A stretch of 64,000 nucleotides of DNA from Octopus vulgaris (GCA_951406725.2 OX597815.1:174592001-174656000); one strand, 5' to 3'; counted from the stretch's first letter, positions 37,701 through 53,174 are shown. A program made the numbers and translations. Notes: a model not told the origin generated them from the sequence alone.

Positions 37701-39732
37701 AGCTTAGAGAGTTTTGGAAGTGAACTGTGTATAAAATATATTATTATTAATCTACAGATCAATTCAAACCTACCTTTATCTGAAACGAAATATTCATAGA
37801 GAGATATAAATGTTGATTCAATGTCTTTTGAATTTCCATCATAAATCATTCCAAATACAGCAATCCAATGCCTAAAGAAATCAGAGCAAAATATTAGTTA
37901 TTCTTGGTGCTTTTTTTTTTTTAATAAGTCAGGCTATATAAATATATATTTTCATTTCTAACAAGTTAACAATCCATGAACTCCTAAATAAAAGGAATAA
38001 AAACAGTGTTCTTTTGAAATTCTCTCCCCACATTAATTTTTCTTCCAATAACTAACCAACAACATTTAAAACAAGAATTTTGGCTGTTTATACTAACCTC
38101 ACACAAGAAATACTTCAAACAACAATCTAAAGTTATCTACCCTGCACTTCTCTTCTTTAGCTGATTTAAAACTAAAAGAAACTATCATACTTGAATTATA
38201 TATAATAAATATTTATCTAAAATACCAAGAAAAGAAAGTAACTCAACAATTATCACGGAACAAAGGTTCAGTGAGTCAAATCCTCATTTGTTGTAACCAT
38301 AAGTACAGTATATTATTCCAGAACAAGATTATACAACTATCAACTAAGTTGCTCACACCAAAACTTCAAACTGTGAGGTCATCAAGTTGTGAAAAACAAA
38401 TGTAAAAACCCCTTTTTAAAAAATAAAAAGATATATCATATTATAAACAAACTTGACACGGTGTGTAACTCAGAGCAGGGAATCTCTCCAGGTCAAGCTA
38501 CTACTTCTCCACATTCAGGGATCATAGCTCCAATACTACTGACATGTAATTAGAATGTCACAAGAAAGACTTGTAAGACAGATTCCTCAAGCTGAGCCAA
38601 CTGGCAGGAGACCTGGAGGTAGACCAAGAATGAGATGGTTGGATAATATCCATAGTCTCAGTTGGTCACACATGGGCGTCCAGCTGAAAAATCTTGTGGT
38701 GGTTACTTCCGTGTGGACCTATGGAGATGTTACCTGAAGACCCTACTCCAATGACCCTCCTAGGAATAGTAGGCAGTATGTACTACATCAACTTGTACTC
38801 TATTTATATCATACCAGAAACAAGAAAACAGATGCCAAAATGGTAATGATGTATAGTGATAGTTTCCTAATTTATTTTTGTTTTATTCCATCAATCAGGT
38901 TTACTCAAAATCATACAATTTTAACTTTATTGGATCTTAAAAAAAAACTTTATGCCCATAGTTTAAGTAAAATCAATATCTGACCAAACAAAAACTAAAA
39001 ATGATTAACAATTTTTAGAGGAATAAACCACATAAAAAATAGATAATTAGATAAATACTTACTTTTTAATACAAAATAAAATGTCTATTAGATCCCACGG
39101 TGGCTTTCGGATAACTATATCCAACCTATAGAAATAAAACATTAAATGATTACTATTATAACAACTAGTACACTACTCATTGTTTTACATAAAGAAAAAT
39201 TAATGATAATGCTGTTTCAATGAAATAAGAACAGCAACAACAGCAGCTGTGGCAGAGATGTTGTTGACATCATTCTTATTGTTATTTAATACCCAGTTTC
39301 CATGATGATATGGGTTGGACAGTTTGATAGAATCTGATGAGTTGGAGCATTGCATTATGCTCCCTTTAAAAATGGAAAAATATAAGTTACAGAAAATGGA
39401 AATAAATATTAATATCATCTTTTGGCTTTGTACATATACACACAGGGGTGTAGCTAGGGTGGGGCAAGCAGAGCACATGCCCTGGGCGTCGCTTTGAGTG
39501 AGGTGCAACTTTGGCCAAGATCATTTTCTAATTAAGCTTTAAAAAAATTTTTTAAACCTTTTCAGGTATGGTTTATTTTGCTTATCGCCATCCATGCCAT
39601 TAGACAGAATAGGTGTTCTTATTTGACCTCACAAAATGCATGTGCTGCTTTTTGGTTGTGGGGTGGTGCAATTTTGATGCTTGCCCAGGGCGCCATTTAC
39701 CCTAGCTATGCCCCCCTGTATATGTGTGTGTG

Positions 39733-39770
<38 letters not shown>

Positions 39771-42700
39771 TATATGTTTACAACATAAGATACATGTTTC
39801 TGAGCATGGGTACAGTACAGAAGAAATGGGCCTGTAATCTCTTTTATATATATAATTAAATCATAATAATGGGTCAGTGTAGCTCTTGGACTCCAATGCT
39901 GCAACACCCATAGCACTTACCTTAAGGTAATATTAGTGGCAAACAAAGTGTGCAGCCCTTCGTTTTTATTAATGAACAACCCTCTAGTAATACACATAGT
40001 TTTAACCAATATTCACAGCTATTATAAAGGAGATAATCATGTTTTCATTATATAAAACAGAATAAGAAATTTAAATTTGAAATTAAGAAAAAGAAATTAA
40101 ATATAAATTCTCTGCATCTTTTTCCTTATAATTTCTTAATTTCAAATTTCAAATACTAATCCAACCTCAAATTATGAAGAAATAATTATCTCCCTTGAAT
40201 AGCACTGACCACTAGAAAATATCTCTGATTTCATGAAAATCCATTTTCAAGTGATGACAATGGTCAAGACACATGTGTTTTGATAGACGTCCGTTCGACT
40301 ACATAAATGATGGATAACCACTACGAAATAACAGCTTGAAACAAATGTCTACACCTCAAAGAATGCATCTCAAGTAACAAATTTTAGCAAACCTTAGAAC
40401 CTAAAAGACTCACCAGATATCATCAAACGCCAGTTTCATTTCAGTTTCTAATATTTTGGCAAGTAGTTTTTCTAAGATGTCTTTGAGTTTAATAAAAATC
40501 TGAGTGGCCTGAAATGAAAGTGACAAGCTTAGATATTAAGAATTATAGTGTTATTGTTAACAATATTGGTTTGTAACTTCCACATAGAAAGAATTAACCC
40601 TTAGTGTTTAAACCAGCCATATCCGGTCTGAATATTCTACACATCTTATATTCAAACAGGTCAGATCCAGACTCTCACACATACCATACAATGTCATTTT
40701 AAAGATAATTACATCAGCAAAATCTTAAAGCTATGAGATAATGCATGATTAATGAAAAACAATGTGAATGTACAAGCATTATGTGACAGAGTAATCTAAA
40801 TGCTAATGGGTTAATCAGTAAAATTAAATTTGGTTCAAAGTGTTCAGTCATTTTACTTTAAACAGAAAAACTTTATTTCAAATCATCATTGCTACAGGCA
40901 ACACAACTACCACTACCATCATCATCAACCATCTATCTTTAACAACAACCCCACCACCCACCCACACACATACACAATTACTATCACTGCAACAATCTCC
41001 ATCATTATCGTAATAAATATTATCATTGCTAGTATGATCAGATATGTTAGTACCATAGATGCTGCACAAAATGCAAGCATTTGATGCATCAGCTTGTGGA
41101 AGATCAATAATTAGTGCTTCAGAGAAAATAAGATATAGGAGTGAATGATTTTTAATAACACTTACTTTCAGCAAAATACATTTTCTAAAAGATATATAAA
41201 TCCCAAGGAACATTAAAAACTTATACTATAGATAAGAGTAAGTTAGAAAGCATTTCATTCTACTATTCACAAATAGTTATTATTTAGAAAATAAGTATAT
41301 TGAAGAAGTAGCTAAGCATAAAAACATTGGTTGAAATATACAAGAGTGAAAACTATTTTATGTCTATAATTAACCCTTTTGTTACCATATTTCTGTTGAG
41401 ATGCTCTGTGTTTCTTTCAAACAATTTTAAATGTAACAAAGAATTTAGTAAAATAACTTAGTCATCATTAAGCTAGTGTTAGGAATATAAACTGTGACTA
41501 AGGTTTGGTGGAGGATTTTACTTCAGAATTTTTGAAAACAGAGGCAGATTCAGATAGGTTGGTATCAAAAGGGTTAATAGAAAATGATTATCTAAAAGTG
41601 TCATCAGTCAACTATAACATAATAAAAGACCCCCTTAGGAAAAAAAAAACTTAGGTCAGACATAAGTAAGAACATTAAATAGATGACAGAGCAAGGCAAT
41701 GCATGGGAAGATGCATGACCATCACAGACTTATCCAATTTACAGTATTGTGGAAAAATAAGAACAAACAGATGATGCTGATAATGGATGAAGTAATGTTA
41801 TCAATAAAAATAATAAGGAACATAAGAGAATGAATAAAAATATTTTTCACTCACAATTATATCTTCTCGATTTTCATTTTCAGTAGTAGCATCAGAACAT
41901 TTCTCAGAATGTGATCCATGATTAACTGATAGATTCTCAGAATTATCTAAATAACAGAGGGAAAGATAAATTTAAAACATTGTTTACCTTAGAATTGGAG
42001 GAAGAAAACAATCCACAAAAGTCCTTTAATTAAGAATTGAACTGTGATAAAGACTAAGTGGATAAGACATCAACTATGCTGCTAGAAAATCCATAGTTGA
42101 TATGCTGTAGAAGATTTTGTTTTGTGTGTAACAGGGAAAAATGCTGAATGTTCCTACTCTATTTTATACTATTTTAATTGCATCAACATTCAGTCTCTAG
42201 ACCAATTTGAAGCTTGTTCACAATATGTTGGTAAATCCAAGAGCTATTAGACTAAAAATAAGACCTATCACCTTCATTGATTGCCAAACCAAATCATACC
42301 AGTTCCTAATTGAAAACATTGAAAACAGCAACACAAACTAAACAATCTGCCATCAGTGTATTACTGTTACATAGTTTCATTGACCCCAGTGGAATGCAGT
42401 GATTAAAATCTCTAATGTGTAACATCAACCATAGCTGCCAATTCAATTACCACTTTACAGCCAAATTCTGTGCTGGATTGCAAACTACATTCATTGAATT
42501 ATTTAAAAATCAAAATTACCTAAAATAAAAAAAATTTTTTTTAAGTTTGCTAAAACAAGCACATGAGTGGCTGTGTGGTAAGTAGCTTGCTTACCAACCA
42601 CATGGTTCCAGGTTCAGTCCCACTGCGTGGCACCTTGGGCAAGTGTCTTCTACTATAGCCTCAGGCCAACCAGAGCCTTGTGAGTGGATTTGGTAGACGG

Positions 42701-45700
42701 AAACTGAAAGAAGCCTGTCATATATATGTATATATATATATGCGTGTGAGTGTGTTGTGTGTCTGTGTTTGTTCCCCTAGCATTGCTTGACAACCGATGC
42801 TGGTGTGTTTATGTCCCTGTTACTTAGCGGTTCGGCAAGAGACCGATAGAATAAGTACTGGGCTTACAAAAAGAATAAGTCCCGGGGTCGAGTTGCTCGA
42901 TTAAAGGCGGTGCTCCAGCATGGCTGCAGTCAAATGACTGAAACAAGTAAAAGAGTAAGAGTATGTCTGACTTCCATCATATGTTTCACATAGTCAACCA
43001 TTGTATGGCAGTATACAATGGCATCTCATACCATACTGAAGCATGATATTTATGGAAATATGGAGTGCCTGAGTTACAAGTTATTCCTAAAGAATTTGAG
43101 TAACTTTTAGTCTGTAATGCATCTGCTCAGAGTTTTTTCTGACTATTCTATTTTCCCTCCTCTGCAATTATTTGCAATAGCAACAGCAGCATGGCCAAAC
43201 TAGGACTAAACAAAAGTAACAACAGTAACCAAAACAATATAACACTAGCAATTTCAACAACAAAATAAAAGAAATAGCAACAACATAAAAATAAATCTAT
43301 ATAAAATGTGGCTACTCACTGAAGTCAAAGGTAATTTCTGATTTTCCAAGCAGCTCTTTAAGACCATACTCTATTGACTATCAACAGAGAAAAGATCATA
43401 TTATCAATTCCAAAGAATGCAGAACAATAATAAAAAACAATAATTTTCAATATGTAATATTAATTACAGAACTGCACTAGTTGAAAGGAGTAGATACTAC
43501 TACATGAACTAATATCTGATATTTTCAAAGTTTAGTATTTATAAGGAATATACTCTTTCAATCTTTATTCACCACATGTCAGATGAAAGTATTAAATCAA
43601 GTCATAAATTAAGTTTACCATCCAAGTTATTAAAATTCTCTGTGGAATTTTACATGAAACATCGGTATTCTTGTCTCCCTATGGCATACATACTTATACA
43701 AATTTGCAACCTTTACTAAATGATTTTTGCCAGAGCAGACTATCAATAAGTTCCTAAAATCAATTTTTAATCACCCACAATTACAACTAACACCCAAGAT
43801 TAAGTAAAATGCTTTAAAACTTCAAACTGCATTAACAGCTTATGCCTAGTCACAAGCCTTTAACCCTTTTGTTACTAACCCGGCCAAAACCGGCTCTGAC
43901 TCTGTGGTAAAATATCTTGTTTTCATAAGTTTTGAATTAAAATATTCTACCAAACCTTAGTCACAATTTATGTTCCAAACACTAGCTGAATGATAACTAA
44001 GCTATTTTACAAAATTCTTTGTTATATTTAAAATGATTGAAAGAAACACAGAGCATCTCAAAATAAATACAGTAACGAAAGGGTTAATAATAGATAAATT
44101 CTTATTATTAAAGTAAATTTAAAAGATTCCCAATTTTGAAATATCTTAAAAGTGAAAATGTTTTTTTTTCAAAAATACCAACAGTACATAAAGCCTAGGT
44201 TTAATAATTTCATAGCATTGAACTAAAAGATAAATAGCTAAACTGCAATTCTTTAGTTAGATAAACTGAAGTAAATAAAATTAATTTTCTTTCCTACAGA
44301 TATCAAAATAGCTGCCTTGATTAAGTTTAAGTCAGTAAAACTGTACTTCATGAATTCAACCATTATTTACCATTGAGAAATAAAAAATTGCTTAATATTA
44401 AAGTTGTTATAGTGAAAAATATTAAAAAGCTTAATCTATAAGAATTATAACAAGTCAATGTACGTACCTGTTGTGTATAAGCTGTTACATTGTTGATCAT
44501 GGATTTATTGCAAAGGTTTTTATCATTGCTGAACAACACAACTGAACAGTGTGGGTCTATGAAGAAAAAGAAAACATTTCAGATGAACAGTTAATATAAA
44601 TCTCACTGAATCAATGGTTGAAATTGCCATGTATTTTCAGAGGTTATGCTAATTTTACTAATATGTGTGGTTAAATTAATCAGCAGAAATTTAGAACTGA
44701 AGCAATGGTAGTACCAATGAAACTGCTTCAAATTCCCAAGTATTAATAGTTTCTTTGAGATTTCACTCACTACCTCATTTCCCATCTCTAAAGATGTGTC
44801 TCCTAGGCTTTGAAATGAAAATTGTCTTCATTATAAATTACAATAAATAATGGATTTGCAAAATTTGGTAGCACATCAGACAAAATGCTTTGGAGTGTTT
44901 AGTCATGCCCCTTTAGATTCTGAGTTGAAACCCCACTAATGTGTAGTCTGCCATTTAATCTTAGGTTGATAAAATATAATGCCAGTCAACACTCTACACC
45001 ATATGAGATGTCATCGGGTGTACCACAGGGATCTGTCCTTGGTCCCCTCTTGTTTGTGGCATACATTAACGACATAGATGCCAATTTAAAGAATGCCACA
45101 GTATTGAAATATGCAGACGACATCAAGCTGTACCTTGAAATCAAGAGGACAGATCCTGATGTCTACAACTCTTTCCTGCAATCAGACCTAGACACAATGC
45201 AGCAATGGATCACAGACTGGCAACTGAAACTGGCTGTGGACAAGTGTACCACCATGCATTTTGGGAGAAAAAACCCTGCGTTCACATACTCCCTCCACAA
45301 CACTGATATCAAGAAATCCTCTTGCGAGCATGACCTAGGCATCACTGTCAGCAGTGATTTGCGTTGGTCAAAGCATATCTCTAAGATTGTCAGGAAGGCC
45401 GAGGGTGTCTTGGCATCACTCAGCAGGTCTTTTGTTAGCCGCTCTCCAGCCATCTATTTAAAACTGTATACAGCTATGGTACAACCACACTTGGAATTCG
45501 CATCATCAGTTTGGAACCCCTATCTTGCACAGAACATTGACCTCCTGGAATCTGTCCAGAGACGTGCAACCAAACGCATACCCTCCATCAGACACCTACC
45601 ATATTCTGAGCGCCTTGTTTCCCTGGGCATGGATTCACTGAAGCTCCGGCGTTTGGCGACGGACTTGGTAAACACCCACAAAGTTATCAACCACCTCACC

Positions 45701-45971
45701 AACAACAACACTGAACACCTTTTTGATCTCCATGTGTCTAACACACGTGGACATGCCTACAAAGTCAGAAAACAATACAGCTCCCATGACTTTCGGAAAC
45801 ATTTTTTCACGCTCAGAGTTGCTGAAGCATGGAATAAACTGCCTGCGTCAGTTGTTGACTGCCATGACACTGCATCTTTTAAGGCCCTCATGCTTTCCGA
45901 AATCCGCCGAAACTACACCTGATTATATATACACTTTAGATGAGTTGTAGTGCACCTGAGCACTGTACACA

Positions 45972-46015
<44 letters not shown>

Positions 46016-49000
46016 CTGAAGATTGTAATAATCAACTGTTCCCTCCTCCAAAACTTGTAGCTTTATGCATATGTAAGAAATTATTATTTGGATTGGCAAC
46101 GCTGTTAGAATTCAAACAGCATAGCCTGCATTATTTATATTGTGTTCAAATCTCACTGAGATCAACATTGCCTTTCATCCCTTTGGGGCTGATAGTATTG
46201 GGCTTGTTTATAATCAACTGTTCCCCTCCCAAAAAATTTCTAGTCTTGTATCTCATTTAGAAATTATTATTATTATTAGGCATGCATCCATGCATGTATG
46301 TATGCATAAATAAATATACACATTTAGCTCCATTATAATAAGGAAGCAAGCAATCATAAATATATTTTTAAATCTTACATTTTTTCTGGAATTGCATACA
46401 ACACTGAAGTATTTTGTCATCGTTGTTTTCAACAATAAATATAGGATCCTGTTCCATGGCCTGTAACAAAATTATACTAAATGACCAGTTGAATAAAAAT
46501 GAAATTTTAAAATTTCCAGAATTAAATATTTTCCTTCCTCCAAAATGGCATTTTTTAAAGTATTTTAAATACATTATTCAAATTTAATGAGTAGGATGTT
46601 TTGTTTTGTTTTTAACTGTAAAAGGAATGAGAAATTACTTCTATCAAAGACAGATTCTAATTATTTGACATGAAAAACCTGCATTTATCAACCCGTAATA
46701 CTAGGACTAGCCAATCCACTATAAAATTCATGACCATACATTCAATTAAGATAAGATGATCATAATGAGAAAGTTAATAGAGTTATAGGGTCTGACAAAA
46801 TTCAAATCTCAAATTTAAAGCTAGTTCATCCTAGAGGGTGTAATTAATAAATCTTTTAATACATGAAAACTTTGAATGAAAATCATATAATAGTTGACTT
46901 TGAATTTTAATCAGCTTAGTTAACAAAATATTCTAAATATTCTGTAGCTCTGATTTTGCAAGAAATCAAGTATTTGATGCGTTGGTTACTTCTATATCCA
47001 ATAACAACTTATTCATAGCAGAATCCAATAACAACTTATTCATAATAAAAATAGAAATTACTAATTAAATGTATCAATCAGAATTAATAACAGAGTAGAA
47101 ACAAAAAACGGAAATCAAGAAAGCACTTGTTTTAGAATGTTATCAGAATTCTAAACAGAAAATACAGATTAGTGTTACTTCAAAAGAATTGATAATACAA
47201 TTTTATTTGTTCTTTCAAGAATACTGCTGAGAAGAATAAAAAGGATTTTAAATATGTAAAGTCCTTAATCTGGTTAAATTTTACTTAGTAACATACCTCT
47301 CTTGAAGACTGTCCAATAATTCGAGGATGCTTTTTGTTGAAGCAACTGAAAAGAAATGATATGGCTCTCTGAGCATGTTTCGCAGTGGATGAGTTCTGCA
47401 AATTAAACAAAGACAAATAAAGAAACCACAACCACTTTAAAACAATGATTTAATTACACAACAACAATAACACTGATAATAAATATTTATATAGATATCA
47501 TTTTTAATAGATATGTACAAGAAAATTAAGTTGGAATATAAGTTCTCTCCAAAATGAGGAACAACCATTCAGAGACAGAAATTAGAATTTACAAATGTTC
47601 TGTAGCTCAAATGTCCATATACTCAGCAGTAAGAAAGTTGTCTTCTATACACACTCAATAATTTAATTGAATATCCAACTAAGGAAACTCACCGTTCGAG
47701 TTTTGGATTTAAGAGCATCTAATTCTTGCATGACAACCCAAGGTACCACAATAAATGGTGATCTTTCAATATCTGAGAAAAATCAGCAAAAGAGAATTAG
47801 CTAAATATTTTTTTTAATATGCTCCAAAAAACTTTATAATTACAAACTATATAGAAACACAGTGTTGGAGAGATTATTTTCTATATGCATAAAACCTGAA
47901 CTTTAACATGTAGAATAGATTATATAATATGTCCCCAAAAATAGTGTGAAGCATGATTGATTTGGTATCTAGAATTTAAGGATTGCTTCCTAAATGTTAG
48001 TTTGGTAGATTTTTTAGTACAGCATACAGCTGGATGATGATACATAATAAAGACAATGACCCACAGATGGAAGGGGTTGGCGATCAGTGTTAAACTAATA
48101 GGACTAAATTAAGTAACTAATAAGCAGCTTAGTAACTTAAACATCATTCATAGTGTCCTTACAGTGTATAAAAAAATAACTGCCCAGTAATTAAAGATAA
48201 ACAAGTAAAATCTTGACAAAGGCCTACAACCCTGTAACCCAACACCATATCCACAAATTATTATTATTGCAATAATAATACTGTTAAACTGCCTTTGTTG
48301 TTTCCTGTATTTGAAGAAAATCTGGAAGCTGTTTTCCATGGTACTCAAAGTGCTAAATACTTCTGATCTTTGCTACATTTATCAAGATGATTTATATGTT
48401 GCCAAGACTTGTACTGGTGCATTGCTCACACATCTGTGTTGGCACTGCTGTTGCTGTAACAAATATTCCACAGTCTAGTAAAAGTTCAGTTATCAATACA
48501 TTGGTTCACAGATGCACTGTTTTTGTATTCTCTGCCTCTTTTACCTACAGTAATGACAAGCTTGCTGAACTAGCTTACTGCATGGCCTATTTGACATAAT
48601 AAGCATTTCTCATCTTGTCATCCCTCTAGTATCTCACCTCCAGATTCCATACTAAATATTTGGTCAAATTATTTTTTCCTAGAGCTCTCCTTGTTACCAT
48701 TTTTTTTTTCAGATATCAACATAGATGTTCAAACTGCACATCAATTCTGTCAAACTTTCCAGTGTGTGAGAAGACCTGCATAGGTCATGGACACTACCTT
48801 TCCTCCTTTGACTAATTTAGCTTAAAAAGTACTCAACCAATTATACAGTTGTTATGAATCCTACATCCCAACTGGTGACAATGATCATAATGATGATGAC
48901 AATACACAAGAGGTTTAGGCACTGAATGTAAATCATGCAACACAAACGTAGCAACCTAACAATCTGAATCTTACAATTTCTGATGAGATTTTATGGAAAC

Positions 49001-52000
49001 CTCACATATACAAAATTGCCAAATTTGCATCCCTAATGACTAAGCTTCCTTTTCACACTCAGAAAATACTTTAGCCCTGATTGCTTGACGACCCTCCATA
49101 AACTCAAGAAAGACCATTAGTGTACTATTTAGATATATTGAAGTATTATGGGATGACACTGTTCCAAGCAAACAAATATCCTTCACTGTTTTGTAATGGA
49201 CGTCCATCTGACTGGCACCCTTACTTCTCTCTGCCTCATATTCTGCTGTGACAATGACATATGCTCCTTTGAACTACTTTACTATATACCCTCCCTCTTT
49301 CTAGTCACCTTTCTTATCATTCCTACTATGTCTCACCTTCCAGATCCTAAAGTTAATAAACACTGAACCTAATCTTTCATCTCTAGTACAGCAGCCCTCA
49401 ATTGTGTTAGGGTAGATGGACTTTGTCCCTCTTTTTCTGCATCAACCCTTTAGCATTTAATCCAGCCATATCTGGCCCGAATATTCTACCTGTTTTAAGT
49501 TAAAACTGACCAGATCCAACCTCTCATACCTATCCTACAATGTCATTCTAAAAATATACAAACACACCATTGAAATCTTGAAGCTACAAGATAACGTGTG
49601 ATTAATTTTTAAAATGTGAATAAATACATTTGACAAAGAAACCTGAATGTTAAAGAGTTAAAAAAAAACACAATTTCAGTAGCAAAGTGCTATTAAAAGT
49701 ATTGTAATATTTTCAAAGTTTTAATTCTGTTTTAAGTGCAAGATGTTCAACAAATGCAAGAGATTCAACAAGTGTAACAAATTTTTGCTTCATTTTATTC
49801 ATCAATATCTCTGAACATTACTTCAAAGTACATAAATATAATATAAAAATTATTATATTGCATTATATTAAGGAAAAGAAAATGACTTTACCTGAATAAA
49901 AACCATCTCGGATTTTTTCTATCACAGCTAAACCAGACTTTAAGAGTAAAATATTGGTATCAAGTATTATGTAAGCCATCTAAATAAAAGAAAATAATTG
50001 AAGCAAATCAACTTCTAGCTCACTAAGAACAAATACATACTTACGAAAAACTATTAAGATTGTAACAAACGTGTTTGTTACAATAAAGATTATAACAAAC
50101 ACATCATCTTTTTTTTCTTCTTAACCTTCTCATTTTTTTTTAAAAGGGTTAATAAAAATAATTTTCTGACACTACTTTTTAATATAGGCACAAGGTCTGA
50201 AATCTTGTGAAGATAGGTAAGCCAATTAAATAAATTCCAGTGCAACATTTTATTGATCCCAGAAGGATGAAAGGTAAATCTGACCTCAGTGGAAAGGTTA
50301 ATAAATAATATATGATTGTCTCAGTGGGTAGTAACTCTGAATAAACACTGACTTGGACTGTGATGAACAATCCAACCCATGCCACCATAGAAATCAAATA
50401 TTAAATGTAACTGTTGGGTATGATTCCCTCATGGACAACCTGATGAACTATATGGGTGACTAGGCCATATCAAACTCCATACCCTGACTGGCAGAGCAGG
50501 ATATGGCCTCATCACCTGTATAGTTAATCAGGTTGTCCATGAGGGAGTCCTACCCAAAGATTGGTGTAGCAGCATTATAGTCAACTGCTACAAAGGCAAA
50601 GGTGACGATGCCTTAGACAAAAATAATTACAGAAACATCAAATTGCTGGACCAGGTGATGAAAGTCACAGAAAGGATCATAGCATAGCTTTGTTAAGCTA
50701 TACACAAACAAACTAGTGGAGCTGTGAGTACATTTATCAAAGGTTTATTACTTTATGTACATCAGGGCTTAAGTCACTAGTTATTTCTGTTTAGTTCATT
50801 CAGATTCTTATTTCTTTACTGCTCACAAGGGGCTACACACAGAAGGGACAAACAAGGACAAATGGATTGAGTCGATTATATTGACCCCAGTGCATAACTG
50901 GGACTTATTTAATCAACCCCGAAAGGATGAAAGGCAAAGTCAACCACGGCAGAATTTGAACTCAGAACGTAGTGGCAGACTAAATACCACAAAGCATTTT
51001 GCCTGGCGTGCTAACGATTCTGCCAGCTCGCCACCTTGATGAACTCGCCTAGTTCATTCACATTCATTTAACACTAACTGTTGACATTCTTTCGTTTTTC
51101 TTCTCCGACTGGAAGTCCCTTTCGCTACTGACCAACTTCCTAGCTAGCCTGCAGTGAAGTTCCTGTCTACAGCTCCCTGCTAGCCAGCTCCATGTGAAAT
51201 TGTCTAACCCATGCCAGCATGGAAAGCGGACGTTAAATGATGATGATGATGATGACAACAACGATGATTAATACAAGTAATATATAAAATCAAGAGGGAA
51301 TGAACCTGTGATCATATCTGAACATTTGCATTGTATTTTCTTTCTATAAAGATATTTGCTTTTGTGTAGAACAATTATGATTGTATTGCATAATTAGTTG
51401 AATAGCAAAACTGGTATGATTTGAGAGATTCAAAACATTTTAGTTTGGAGGGAAAATAGACATTGGTATAGTGACTAGCAACATAACTGAAATCAAACAG
51501 TTACAATTAACTGTTTCAAATGGTTTTGAACTAAGCTCATTGAAGACTAATAACCATTCTAGAGATCATCAGAGTAGGATAACATTAAAAAAAAATGACA
51601 AACCTGTTTAGGGGATGAATTAGTGACTGCTGCATAATCTTCAGAAATGCTCCCTGTCAAATCTCCCATTACCTGTTGGAAAATATCAAGAGAAAGGAAA
51701 ATGAAATATAAAAAGACAATTTTGAATACTGATGAATTTGCTAAGTAAATGCAAGATAAATTACATTAATTGATTTTATTGCTAAAACATTTTTCAAAAT
51801 ATACTTACTTCATTTGAAGGCTGACAAATCAAAATTTTACGGACTTCTTCGATCTGAAATAGGGGAAATGACAATAATAAATGATTAAATCTGAAAAAAT
51901 AATGTAAAAAGTCCATGCACAAATTTAAATCATAATTTTTTTAATATTCTGTATAATGGACCAAAACAAATTGTAATAAAAACTGCATAATTAAGAAGTT

Positions 52001-53174
52001 CATTTCCCACTTTGGACACATATCTTCTACTATAACCTTGAGCTGACCAAAGCTTTATGAGTGGACTTAGTAAACAAATATTGAAAGAAGCCTCTCTCAG
52101 TGTGTGTGTGTTTCTGTGTTTACATATCCATGTCTTAAGAAGTTATAATTCATAGACAGTGTTGTTGATATCAGTTTCTTTGTTAATAAATCATCCACTT
52201 ACTTCATACCATCAAAGCAGCATGAAATAAGACATACTCGAAAAATAGAAACTAGTTAACAACAGGAAGAGCATCAGGCTGTAAAATCTTCTCCCCGCCA
52301 CCACCGTCTTTCTTCAACTGAGGTAGCTATGTATCTTCTCTACTGCAAGACATCTATTTCTCCCTCTCTCTGTTAATTATCTGCCACAAAGTCACTTCTC
52401 TCAATACTACTCCCTGCTCAGTTCAAGGGTCTTGTTTTGTAAGTTACTTGGTGATCTGATTGCTGCGAGTTCCACATAAAAAACACCTAGTACACACAGT
52501 AAAGTGAATGGTATTAAAAAGGGCATCAAGGTTAGCCCTTTGAAATACAGGTACAACTCATTTTTGTCAACTGAGTGGACTGGAATAATGTGAAATAAAG
52601 TGTCTTTCTCAAGGACACAACATGCCACTGGGTATCAAACTTACAATCATTAGCCAAATACCATAACCACTAAGCTGCATGCTAAATATATATATATATA
52701 TATATACATACATACATACATACATACACATATATATATATAAATATATATACACACACACATACATACATATATACACAAACATCATTTAACATCTGCG
52801 TTCCATTCTTCCATGCCGGTATAGGTTGGAAAGTTTGACTGGAGCTGCTGAACCAGAGGGCTACACTAATATCTACTGTCAGCTTTTTGCCTAGTTTCTA
52901 CAGCTGGATGCCCTTCCTGATGCCAACCACTTTACAGAGTGTACTGGGTGCTTTTTATGTAGCACCAGTACTAGTAAGGTCACTAAGTAATACAAAAGAC
53001 AAGACATCCTCAACTAAGGAGTGAATAGCACTAAGGGGTGTGGCTTTCTGCCAAGTGGCGAGAGGTTAGAGTATGATAGAGGGATAGAAACAGGTGCTTT
53101 GCTGTAGAGGAGATATATAGTTACCCCTGTAGAAAAAGAAGAGGGGAGAGAGATGGTGAAGGAGATACATTGTG

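Noticed and set aside
42565-42630. tRNA gene candidate with A- and B-box-like motifs
   Set aside because: It is the head of a multi-copy SINE, and I could not fold a full cloverleaf.
46997-47044. Direct repeat TCCAATAACAACTTATTCATA x2
   Set aside because: A short slippage-type duplication in an intron with no associated structure.
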